Assembly: GCF_009914755.1 (NCBI RefSeq)
Contig: NC_060925.1
Strand: one strand, 5' to 3'
Source: the human T2T-CHM13v2.0 reference genome, Homo sapiens
DNA: 64,000 nucleotides
Part shown: positions 14,785 through 26,581 of the stretch, piece by piece
Numbering within the stretch: position 1 is the first letter of the stretch
How the letters are laid out: every line of letters starts with the position of its first letter
Program-made: the position numbers and the translations under genes
The notes under the pieces: model-generated
Databases searched by the model: none
The model's input: the letters and a program-made list of their open reading frames with translations, nothing else
What the model was told of the DNA's origin: nothing

Positions 14785-15301
14785 TAAAATCTCGGTTAGT
14801 TTGGCTTTTGAGAAATAGGTGGTTGGGTTTTTTTGTTTGTTTTTGTTTGTTTGTTTTTTTGAAGGCTGGACCTTTAAGAACAGAATTATCTGGACATACT
14901 TGAAAATTGTTACTTTTCTTCTCCTGCTAGAAGCAGGAGACAATGCTGTGTTCTTCATGAGGACAGGGTTGAGAGTGTTTCTGGAGAAGAACTTATCCAT
15001 TTGTGAGGACCCCTGAGAATGGGTACTCTGGAGATTTTAACTCTCAAACTTAAGCAACTCACCAATTAGAGTTTAGATTTTCTTTCACTTGTGTTGTTTC
15101 CCACAGAGGTTTATTATAGTTTTCTGATCAAGTAAGTTATGATTCTCTGAAAGTGCCTCTCTATCTTTCCAATTTCGGGCAGCGATTTGCCCTGTAAATT
15201 CAATTCTCTACTGAATCTATGAAGCATTGTTGATTTCAGTTTGTTTGCTTTTTGTGCTTCTGAATGTGAATGTTGCCTTCCATGTTTGTACATGCAAGAC
15301 T

Positions 15302-15758
15302 TGTGAGAAAACATTTTAAATGGTCCATTTTCAGCATGATAAATCTAAGCACCGGCAGCCAGCCTGCAAATGTAACAGACCACATGGCTTATGCACCTAG
15401 AAGGTCACGAGAAGTGAACAGAATGTAGAGGAGGGGTCAGCTCATAAAAGGGAAGAAAGTTTCATTATTGGGAAATCGAAACTTAAGCAGGGAAGAGGAC
15501 AGGGGTATAATCTTATAAGGGGGATGATGAAACTTAGGCAATGTCTGGGAAGATTGTAACCCCACAGTACTCAACCAGTGAGGAACTGGGGGAGGGACTT
15601 GTGTGCTAGGAGATAAATTACCTGTTGTGACCGCCCCGGTTGTGCCTGCCTACCAGACACCTGATCTTGCAAGACCATTATTAAAAGTCTCCCTTTGGCT
15701 GTTCTTCAGGCCTCTAAGTCCATTCTTTGGATTTGGACAGGTGAGTGTGTTTCTCACA
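15302..15758 (+). mobile_element. 5' LTR of class I ERV (LTR71 / HERVP71A-like)
   Basis: Inverted termini TGTGAGAAA...TTTCTCACA; ATTAAA poly(A) signal ~15680; followed by PBS. Confidence 0.8.
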
Positions 15759-15762
15759 AGCG

Positions 15763-15780
15763 TGGGGGCCCATCTGGGAT
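15763..15780 (+). promoter_or_regulatory. tRNA-Pro primer-binding site
   Basis: TGGGGGCCCATCTGGGAT vs canonical PBS-Pro TGGGGGCTCGTCCGGGAT (3 mismatches), 4 nt after the LTR. Confidence 0.85.
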
Positions 15781-16111
15781 CCATGTGCCTGTGTGAAGTG
15801 GGACTTTGGCCGAGAGGGGAGATGTGTCCCACCTGATTTAGGTGGCCCGCTCTATCTGGGCATCCCAGCTTCCCATAAAAGGCATAAACAAACCCAAGAC
15901 TATTATTCAGGAGGCAGCAGAAGCAACACAGGGAGAAAAGCAGGCACTGCGGGAACCAGGCAAACTCATGCACCAGCCAAGGAAGGAAAATTGGACTGTA
16001 AGTACTGCCTTGGTTGTGGGGCATTTTTGGAGGTCTCGGGGTGTGCAAGAAACCTCCAGTAAGGGGGGTTGAGTAGACAGGGAAAAACTCAGACGCAGAG
16101 ACTGGCAGAAA

Positions 16112-18963
16112 ATGGGAAACAGGAATTCTAGGCCTGGGAGCCAAAGGAAAGAGGGAGCCAAAGAGACTCCCTCTGACATTCCCCTGGATAGTCCTTTGGG
16201 GAGATTGTTGCAGGTTTGGTGGAACAACCCTCGAACCAGGGACAAGGAAAAGGAAAAGATGATAAAGTATTGCTGTTTTGTCTGGCCCAAAGACCCCATT
16301 CATAAGCCTTCTGTCTTTTGGCCTAAGTTTGGCTCAGATGAGGATTGTGTTCTAAGCTTTAATTCTCTCTGTGAATAATAAAACTTCATCCTCACAAGAA
16401 GAGATAGGTTACTCTCTGCTGAATCAAGGAATTAGCCCCCATGATCCCCCTCAAAAAAGAAGAAAAAGAGCCTGGTGAAGAGCCCTCACCCAGTGAAAAG
16501 CCCTGGGACCCCCTATCGTGCTTGCCCCTTCATACGTCTCACAAAAAAGGGGACAGGAAGATCAAGGGGCAGCAGGAGGGTTAGAGGAAGAAAGACCCAG
16601 AGACTACAGGGGAGCCAAGCCAACTGCTCCTTTAAATCCTTATCCAAATTTAAGAAAAGAATTACAAGAGTGTAAGAGGGATATTGAGAACTTCCCTATC
16701 CCTTCCACACAGCAGGCATCTAGCATGTTCCCTCTTAGGGAAGTTCCCATGGGACAGGGAGAGATTGGCTTTGTAAATGCTCCTTTTACAAGTACTGAAG
16801 TTAGGAATTTCAAGAAGGAAATGAAACCACTCCTAGAAGTTCCCCTCAGTTTAGCAGACCAGCTGGACCAATTCCTAGGACCAGCTTTTACACTTGGGCT
16901 GAAATGATGTCTATCATGAATATCCTGTTCACAGGAGAAGAAAGGGGAATGATTAGGAGAGTGGCCATGACCATCAGGGAGAGGCAACACCCTCCTAGGC
17001 AGGGAGTGCTGCCAGCTGAACAAAAATTTCCAAATGTCCTCCCTCTCCCTCTCCGTCTCCCTCTCCCTCTCCCTCTCCCCACGGTCTCCCTCTCCCTTTC
17101 CCACGGTCTCCCTCTCCTTCTCCACGGTCTCCCTCTCCCTCTCTTTCCACGGTCTCCCTCTGATGCCGAGCCGAAGCTGGACTGTACTGCTGCCATCTCG
17201 GCTCACTGCAACCTCCCTGCCTGATTCTCCTGCCTCAGCCTGCCGAGTGCCTGCGATTGCAGGGGCGCGCCGCCACGCCTGACTGGTTTTCGTACTTTTT
17301 TGGTGGAGACGGGGTTTCGCTGTGTTGGCCGGGCTGGTCTCCAGCTCCTAACCGCGAGTGATCCGCCAGCCTCGGCCTCCCGGAGGTGCCGGGATTGCAG
17401 ACGGAGTCTCGTTCACTCAGTGGTCAATGGTGCCCAGGCTGGAGTGCAGTGGCGTGATCTCGGCTCGCTACAACCTCCACCTCCCAGCCGCCTGCCTTGG
17501 ACTCCCAAAGTGCCGAGATTGCAGCCTCTGCCCGGCCGCCACCCTGTCTGGGAAGTGAGGAGCGTCTCTACCCGGCCGCCCATCGTCTGAGATATGGGGA
17601 GCTCCTCTGCCCCACCGCCCCGTCTGGGAGGTGAGGAGCGTCTCTGCCCGGCCGCCCAGTCTGAGAAGTGAGGAGCCCCTCCGACCGGCAGCCGCCCCGT
17701 CTGGGAAGTGAGGAGCGTCTCCGCCCGGCAGCCACCCCATCCGGGAGGGAGGTGGGGGGGTCAGCCCCCCGCCCGGCCAGCCGCCCCGTCCGGGAGGTGA
17801 GGGGCGCCTCTGCCCGGCCGCCCCTACTGGGAAGTGAGGAGCCCCTCTGCCCGGCCACCACCCGGTCTGGGAGGTGTACCCAACAGCTCATTGAGAACGG
17901 GCCATGATGACAATGGCGGTTTTGTGGAATAGAAAAGGGGGAAAGGTGGGGAAAAGATTGAGAAATCGGATGGTTGCTGTGTCTATGTAGAAAGAGGTAG
18001 ACATGGGAGACTTTTCATTTTGTTCTGTACTAAGAAAAATTCTTCTGCCTTGGGATCCTGTTGATCTGTGACCTTACCCCCAACCCTGTGCTCTCTGAAA
18101 CATGTGCTGTGTCCACTCAGGGTTGAATGGATTAAGGGCGGTGCAAGATGTGCTTTGTTAAACAGATGCTTGAAGGCAGCAGGCTCGTTAAGAGTCATCA
18201 CCACTCCCTAATCTCAAGTACCCAGGGACACAAACACTGCGGAAGGCCGCAGGGTCCTCTGCCTAGGAAAACCAGAGACCTTTGTTCACTTGTTTATCTG
18301 CTGACCTTCCTTCCACTATTGTCCTATGACCCTGCCAAATCCCCCTCTGCGAGAAACACCCAAGAATGATCAATAAAAAAAAAAAAAATTTCCAAATGTC
18401 AATCCCAATGGGACAATAATGATCCCAGGGACTGGGCCCAAATGCAGCACCTCAGGGAAATAATAATTCGAGGGATCAAAGAATCCACTCCTAGGACATA
18501 AAATGTCTCAAAGGCATTTGAGATTCAACAAGAAAAAGAGAAAACTCCCTCTGCACTCCCGCAGCGGCTCAGAGATGAGAAAATACTCCGGGCTAGATCC
18601 GGATTATCCAGCAGGGCAAGGCCTTTTGAAGATTAACTTTGTAACTAAGAGCTGGCCTGACATTACAAAAAAATTACAAAAGCTTGATGGATGGAATGAG
18701 AAACCGATTGAGGAATTGCTGAGGGAAGCTCAGAGGGTTTTTGTAAGGAGAGAGGAAGAGAAGCAGAAACAGAAAGCGAAAAGCATGGTTTCCACTGTGG
18801 AAGAGGTAGTCAGAAAACGATTAGATCAAGATCCCCCTCAGAGGAGACAAAGCTATAATAGACTTCAACACCAAGAAAGAAGGGAAATGCAGGGAAAACC
18901 TCCTAAGACTATGAGTGGATGTTGCAAGTGTGGAAAGCCAGAGCATTTTAAGAGAGAATGTCC
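16112..18963 (+). mobile_element. Disrupted gag of HERV-IP/ADP-group provirus (split by SVA)
   Basis: MGNRNSRP...IPLDSPLG...MIKYCCFVWP..PSVFWPKFGSDED (matrix); FPLREVPMG..GFVNAPFTSTEVRNFKKE (capsid); CCHC knuckle CCKCGKPEHFKRECP at ~18918-18963; multiple frameshifts. Confidence 0.88.
17039..18388 (+). mobile_element. Full-length SVA retrotransposon
   Basis: CCCTCT hexamer head, antisense Alu-like domain, GC-rich VNTR, SINE-R, AATAAA + poly(A); TSD AAAAATTTCCAAATGTC at 17022-17038 and 18384-18400. Confidence 0.97.
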
Positions 18964-19034
18964 ATTGTTGGACAGCTGATCCTGAGGTTAAATTGGTCAA
19001 CAACTGAAATGGATAAAGACAAGCTATCTTAATT

Positions 19035-19385
19035 TTTGTTGTGTTTTTGTTTGTTTTTGTTTGTTCGTTTGTTTTTTGAGACAGAGTCTCACTCTGTTAC
19101 CCAGGCTGGAGTGCAGTGGCATGATCTCGGCTCACTGCAACCTTCGTCTCCCAAGTTCAAGTGATTCTTCTGCCTCAGCCTCCTGAGTAGCTGGGATTGC
19201 CAGTGTGTGCCCAGCTATATATATGCCCAGCTAATATATATATTTTGTTTTTTTGTTTGTTTGTTTGTTTTTATTTGCAGAGACGGGGTTTCACCATGTT
19301 GGCCAGGCTGGTCTTGAACTCTTGACCTCAAGGAATCCGTCCACCTCAGCCTCCCCAAGTGCTGGGATTACAGGTGTGAGCCACC
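19035..19385 (-). mobile_element. Alu with expanded middle and tail microsatellites
   Basis: Reverse Alu; (TTTG)n tail and TA-rich middle. Confidence 0.92.
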
Positions 19386-19389
19386 TCCT

Positions 19390-20260
19390 AGATACCTTTA
19401 AATAGATGAAGATGAGCTACTTTTTACTGAAGAAAGATTCTTCAGTGGAGGCGAACCTAGCGGCTCACTCCTGTTGGCAGTGGGTTACCAGTTGTGTGGA
19501 ATTTGAAACTAATTTATACGTTCGTGAAATTCTTAAATTGTGTGGTCAACCAGACATCCCAGGGCTTCAGACAGGTCGAAGCCATCCTCCAAAAGGTGAA
19601 TGATAGCATGTGTTCACCAGAAGCACTTAATGAGACATGGTACAATTTTACATCTCCTCTTTGACTCTGTTGGACAGTTGTACATGGTGCTAAACAATAC
19701 TGAATATTGTATTTTTCTTCCCCTGATTTTGCTACTACAGAAAGCTTAATTTAAAAGGTGGCTGATATCCTGTTTCTTAAGACACTGATAATAAATACAC
19801 TAAAAAGGGAATATGGATGTGTTTATAGGAAAAGCTAATAGTTTGCTTGTGGGCATTCTAAATGGTGGATGACAAGCTTAACTTTAAACGTTTTTTTTTT
19901 AATATTTATGTTTTTTTTCTAGTGAGTGGGTCTCCAGGCTTCTATGACTTGTGTTACCAGGCTAAAGATAAAGATGGAATCCTCGTTAAATCAGACCATG
20001 CCAGTCTCAAAATTGAGAGACTGATCACAAGGGAGAAATTGTTAAATGAAATAAGTGGAAGACCATTGTCCCAATGCTGTCTTTCTACTTTCAGTTCCTG
20101 TGTAATAAACTACAACCTAACTTAGTATGCAAATAAACGAAAACCCAATTTAGGAGTGTATTTTTTGGTATAGATAGCTGGGTCTCAGCCAGTCACAAGC
20201 ACTGAGCTTCAGCCAATTCCAGGCAGCCAGCAGATCACAGCATGTCGAAATGAGGCACAC
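19390..20260 (+). mobile_element. env-TM remnant, PPT and partial 3' LTR of a second (MER57-like) ERV
   Basis: One frame reads HLMRHGTILHLLFDSVGQLYMVLNNTEYCIFL (~19620-19720), resembling the immunosuppressive/CX6CC region. Purine tract AAGGGAGAAA (~20029), then TGTTAAATGAAAT LTR start with MER57-like CAGCCAAT motifs. Confidence 0.55.
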
Positions 20261-20264
20261 ACCT

Positions 20265-22275
20265 TACTGTAATCAAGTGGAGGAAAGAATCTCAGAACTT
20301 GACTATCTTTCTGAAATAAGACAGGCAGACAAGAATAGAGAAAAAATGTAAAGGGACAAACAAAACCTCCAAGAAAGATGGGATTATGTAAAAGACCAAA
20401 TCTGTGACTGAATGGGGTGCCCGAAAGAGATGGGGAGAACAAAACCAAGTTGGGAAACATACTTCAGGATATCATCCAGGAGAACTTTCCCGACCTAGCA
20501 GGACTGGCCACCATTCAAATTCAGGAAATCCAGAGGACCCCAGTAAGATACTCCATTCGGAGATCAACCCCAAGACACATAATTATCAGATTATTCAAAG
20601 TTGAAATGAAAGAAAAAATGTTAAGGGCAGCCAGAGAGAAAGGCCAGGTCATGTACAAAGCAAAGCCCATCAGACTAACAACAGAGCTCTCAGCAGAAGC
20701 CAGAAGAGACTGGGGGCCAATATTAAATATTTGTAAAGAAAAGAGTTTCCAACCCAGAATTTCATATCCAGCCAAACCATGCTTCATAAATAAAGGAGAA
20801 ATAAGATCCTTTTCAGGCAAGCTAATGCTGAGGGACTACACCACCAGGCCTCCCTTGCAAGAGCTCCTGAAAGAAGCATTAAATGTGGAAAGGAAAAACC
20901 AGTACCAGCCACCACAAAAGCACACTGAAGTACAGAGACCAGTGAAACTATGACACAACCACACAAAAAAGTCTGCAAAATAACCAGTTAGCATCATGAT
21001 GACAGGATCAATTTCACAAATAACAATATTAACCTTAAATGTAAATGTGCTAAGTGCCCCAGTTAAAAGACACAGAATGGCAAGCTGGATAAAGAATCAA
21101 GCCACATTGGTATACTGTCTTCAAGAGTCAATCTCACATGCAAAGACAAAAATAGACTCAAAATAAAGGGATGGAGGAAAATTTACGAAGCAAATTGAAA
21201 ATAGAAAAAAGCAGGGCTCACAATCTTAGTTTCTGACAAAACAGGCTTTAAACCAACAAACATCGAAAAAGAAGGGCATTACGTAATGGTAAAGTTCAAC
21301 AAGAACCAACTATCCTAAACATATATGCACCCAATACAGGAGCACCCAGATTCATAAAACAAGTTCTTAGAGACCTTCAAAGAGACTTAGACTCCCACAT
21401 AATAACAGTGGGAGACTTTAACACCCCACTGATAATATTAGACAGATTATTGAGACAGAAAATTAACAAAGATATTCAGGACTTGAACTCAGCTCTGAAC
21501 CAAGTGGCCCTGATTAATATCTACAGAACTCTTCACTCAAAACAACAGAATATACATTCTTCTCATCACCAGGCATGGCACTGACTCTAAAATTCATCAC
21601 ATAATCATAAGTAAAACACTCCTTGGCAAATGCAAAAGAACTGAAATCAGAACAAGCAATCTCTCAGACCACAGCACAATCAAATTAGAACTCAAGAAAC
21701 GCACTCAAAACCACACAACTACATAGAAATTGAACAACCTACTCCTGAACGACTCTGGGGTAAATAATGAAATTAAGGAAGAAATTAAGAAGTTCTTTGA
21801 AACTAATAAGAACAAAGAGACAATGTACCAGAATCTCTGGGATGCAACTAAAGCAGTGTTAAGAGGGAAATTTATAGCACTAAATGCCCATATCAAAAAG
21901 CTAGAAAGATCTCAAATCAACAACCTAACATCAAAACTAAAAGAACTAGATCTCATTAAACTAAAGAGCTTCTGCACAGCAAAAAAAGAAACTATCTTCA
22001 GAGTGAACAGAAAACCTACAGAATGGGAGAAAAAGTTTGCAATCAACCCATCAGACAAAGCTCTAATATCCAGAATCCACAAGGAACTTAAATTTACAAG
22101 AAAAAAAGAAACAATTCTATCAAAAAGTGGGCAAAGGACATGAACAGACACTTCTCAAAACAAGACATTTATGTACCCAACAAACATATGAAAAAAAGCT
22201 CAACATCATTGATCATTAGAGAAATGCAATTTGACCATTTGACCCAGCAATCCCATTACTGGGTATATACCCAAC
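20265..22275 (+). mobile_element. L1PA-type element: ORF1, ORF2 endonuclease and internally deleted 3' part
   Basis: ORF1p (LQDIIQENFP...TPRHIIIR...FQPRISYPAK) at 20417-20953; ORF2 start ATGACAGGATCA ~20999; jumps to 3' ORF2 at ~21950 and ~22230. Confidence 0.92.
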
Positions 22276-22903
22276 TTTATATAAAGGTGTCCACTATCTA
22301 TGCTTCTGTAACTTCATTTTTAATTCAACATTGTATTTTTGGATGTCTTTCATGTTTTAGTTTCTTATTTAATTCTATATATTGTTTATGAATTAGCCCT
22401 CTAAATCGAAGACACTAAAACCTACCTCAGAGAGAATTCTTGAAAGGTAATGGATAAAAAGTGCTTATAGCAATGCCTTATTGTAGATGTTCAGTAGTAC
22501 AGTAAGTTCTTACTTAAATCATCAGTAGGTTCTCAGAAACTGGGACTTTAAGCAAAAATGTGTATCATTAAACCAATTTTACTGAAAGCTAATTGATATT
22601 GAAAGGAGTTAAGTTCCTATAGCATATTTCTGGTAACAAAAACATCACCAAGTTTCTAAATAAAGATCCAAAACACTTATTATATTAAACATTGAAATAA
22701 ATGAGAGCTATAGATACATTTAAGAAAGGTTAATAGAGCTACTTGTAAGGCTGAGGCAGGAAGATCTCTTGAGCCCAGGAGTTTGAGTTTACAGTGAGCT
22801 ATGAACACACCACTATGAACATGTAAGATAATTACTTACCCAATTCTTAGTGAGTCAGTAAGTGATGGTGGTCATAGTGGTGATGGGTTAAATGAATGAA
22901 TAA

Positions 22904-23374
<471 letters not shown>

Positions 23375-23491
23375 AGATATTGATTTTATAATATGTTTTA
23401 TAAATTCATTCATTCATTTCCCACATTACTAATTCTAGTTCAGGGTCACAAGTAGCCAGAGGCCATCCCAGCAGCTCAGGGTGCAAGGTAG

Positions 23492-23875
<384 letters not shown>

Positions 23876-24093
23876 TAGACATGCCAATTAACCTAATGTG
23901 CACATCTTTGGGTTGTGGGGGAAAACTGGAATACCTGGAGAAAACACACACAGAGACAAAGAGAGAAACTGTTAACTCTATACAGACAGTGGCCTTGGCC
24001 AGGAATTGATAACATTAGTGGAGGACCTGCATACATATGTAATAATACGTACAATATTATATAATTATGAGTGATTATAGTATTATAACAATT

Positions 24094-24212
24094 ACCTAAT
24101 GTAAATGACAAGTTGATGGGTACAGCAAGCCAACATGGCACATGTATACCTATGTGACAAGCCTGCATGTTGTGCCCATGTACCCTAGAACTTAAAGTAT
24201 AATAATAAGAAA
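24094..24212 (+). mobile_element. L1PA extreme 3' end
   Basis: CCTAATGTAAATGAC...CATGGCACATGTATAC...AACTTAAAGTATAATAA. Confidence 0.85.
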
Positions 24213-24709
24213 ATTGCTTATTTCTATGTCAGTGTAGATTATTTTGTCAACTGCATTATTTATTACAATTTTTCAAAGTATAGTAAAATCTGACTTACAT
24301 GCACCTTTAAAAAAAGACTTGTTTGGGATATTTGAAGTTTTTGGATGGCTAAGATTTATTTTTTACATATCAATTTATTTCTAAATGCATGCTTTTAAAC
24401 TTAAACTGAAAGAATAGATTTTATCTGAAAATTGTAATAATTTTCAAATTCTCTTTCAAACTTGTTTATGAACATGTATGGCATAGCTTAAATAAGACTG
24501 TGCAAACTCTTTTGTGTTCTACTTTTTAAATATTACTTTTTTTGTTCACTTTCCCATATTTGCAAGCCTCACATAGTTGCCATTTTAAATATGTTTTTGT
24601 GATTCACCAATTTTTCTACCAGTCAGAGAGCAGCACGAGAGAGCAAATGAAACCATCTGGCTCTGAGCCCTTACCAGGTGTACTTGTAAGGTTCCAAATA
24701 CTCACATGG

Positions 24710-25080
24710 GGTATTAGTCCATTTTCACACTGCTATAAAGAATTACCCAAGACTGGGTAATTTATAAAATAAAAAGGTTTAATTGACTCACAGTTACGCA
24801 TGGCTGGGGAGGCCTCAGAAAACTTACAGTCATGGTGGAAGGGGAAGCAGGCATGTCTTACATGGCAGCAGGAGAGAGAAAGGAGTGAAGGAGGGACTTC
24901 CAACACTTATAAAACCATTAGATCTTGTGAGAACTCACTCACCATCACAGGAGCAGCATGGGGGAAACCATCCCCATGATTCAATAATCCCTTTGCCCAA
25001 TTGTAATCCCTCCCTTGACATGTGGGGATTACAATTTCAGATGAGATTTGGGTGGGGACACAGAGCCCAACCATATCACA
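24710..25080 (-). mobile_element. THE1/MST MaLR solo LTR
   Basis: GTATTAGTCCATTTTCAC...GGAGGCCTCAGAAAACTTAC...GAGCCCAACCATATCA. Confidence 0.88.
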
Positions 25081-25232
25081 CGCGGTGCATGATTGTTCTT
25101 GGTGTTAGCTTACAAGATCCAAGTATTTCTCACAGGGTAATGTGAAAATTGCACCAGCAGCTGCATTGGAAAAAAAAAAATCAGTGGACACCAAGAACAA
25201 TCATGCACCCCATGTGATATGGTTTGGCTCTG

Positions 25233-26510
25233 TTCAAAGAAATCAGAGATAACACAAACAAATGGAAAAACATTCTGAGGCAGGAGACTAGGGTCTGGAG
25301 GCAGGGAACCTAAGGCTGATTCATGCTGACTGAATATCACAGGCTATTCCCCTTTCAATTCCTCCTTTCTCTTTGTGGCAGTTGCTGCGTGGCAGTTGGA
25401 AAATGAAAGTACCTCTGATTGGTCCCTTTCCACAACCAATCAGACTGGTCATGGCCCACTACTTTATTTGCATAGAGTGAACCAATGGGAAACCTCTAGA
25501 GGGCGTTTAAACCCCAAAATATTCTGTAACTAACGCTCTTGAGCTGCTTGCTTGAGCCTCCCCTGACTCTGTGGAGTGTACTTTCATTTAAAATAAATCT
25601 CTGCTTTTGCTGCCTTGTTTTGTTTGCATGTTTTGTCCAATTCTTTGTTCAAAATGCCAAGAATCTGGACAACTACCCTCAACAGTAACAATTCCCTGCT
25701 CATGGATAGGAAGAATCAGTATCACTAAAACGGCCATATTGTCAAAAGCAATTTACAGGTTCAATGCTATTCTTATTAAACTAACAATGACATTCCCCAC
25801 AGAACTAGAAAAAAAGCTATTTTAAAATTCATACAGAACCAGAAATGAACTGGAATAGCTAAGGCAATCTTAAGCAAAAAGAACAAAGCTATAGTGATCA
25901 AACTACTCAACTTTAAACTATAGAGGAGGGCTACATTAATCAAAACAGCATGGTACTGGTACAGAAACAGACACACATACCAGTGGAACTGAATAGACGC
26001 CCAGAAATAAGGCCACACACCTACAACCATCTGATCTTCAACAAAGCTGACAAAAACAAGCAGTAGGGAAAGAATTCCCTATTGAATAAACTGTGCTTGA
26101 ATAACTGATAGCCACATGCAGAAGACTGAAACTGGACCTCTTTTTTTACAAGATATACAAAAATTAACTCAAGATTGATTAAAAACTTAAATGTAAAACC
26201 CAAAACTATAAAATCCCTGGAAGACAACCTAGGCAATACTATTCTGGACATAAAAATGAGCAAAATTTTTATGATGAAAATGCCAAAAGCAATCACAACG
26301 AAAGCAAAAATTGACAAATGGGATCTAATTAAACTTATGAGCTTCTGCCTAGCAAAAGAAACTATCAACAGAGTGAACAGACAATCTACAGAATGGGAGA
26401 GAATACTTGTGAACTATGCATCTGACAAAAGTCTAATATTCATCATCTGTAAGGAACTCAAATTTACGACAACAAGAAAACCCCTCAAAAACCTCATTTA
26501 AAAGTGGGCA
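25233..26510 (+). mobile_element. L1 ORF2 3' fragment (old L1PA/PB)
   Basis: L1 ORF2 peptides ([21 protein letters not shown]); interrupted by MER51. Confidence 0.88.
25276..25690 (+). mobile_element. MER51-like ERV1 solo LTR inserted in L1
   Basis: TGAGGCAGGAGA.TAGGGTCTGGAGGCAGGGAACC start, GTAACA end, AATAAA; 4-bp TSD ATTC. Confidence 0.8.
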
Positions 26511-26581
26511 AATCCTGGGTGTAGTGGCTTATGCCTGTAATCCCAGAACTTTGGGAGGCCAAGGCAGGAGGATCACTTGAA

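Noticed and set aside
15650-16303. 217-aa antisense ORF over the ERV leader/gag
   Set aside because: No recognisable domain; antisense to a decayed provirus
17530-17880. Repeat array superficially like CRISPR
   Set aside because: SVA VNTR; no unique spacers, eukaryotic context
16640-17907. Low-complexity ER/RG-rich ORFs
   Set aside because: Translations of SVA hexamer and VNTR repeats
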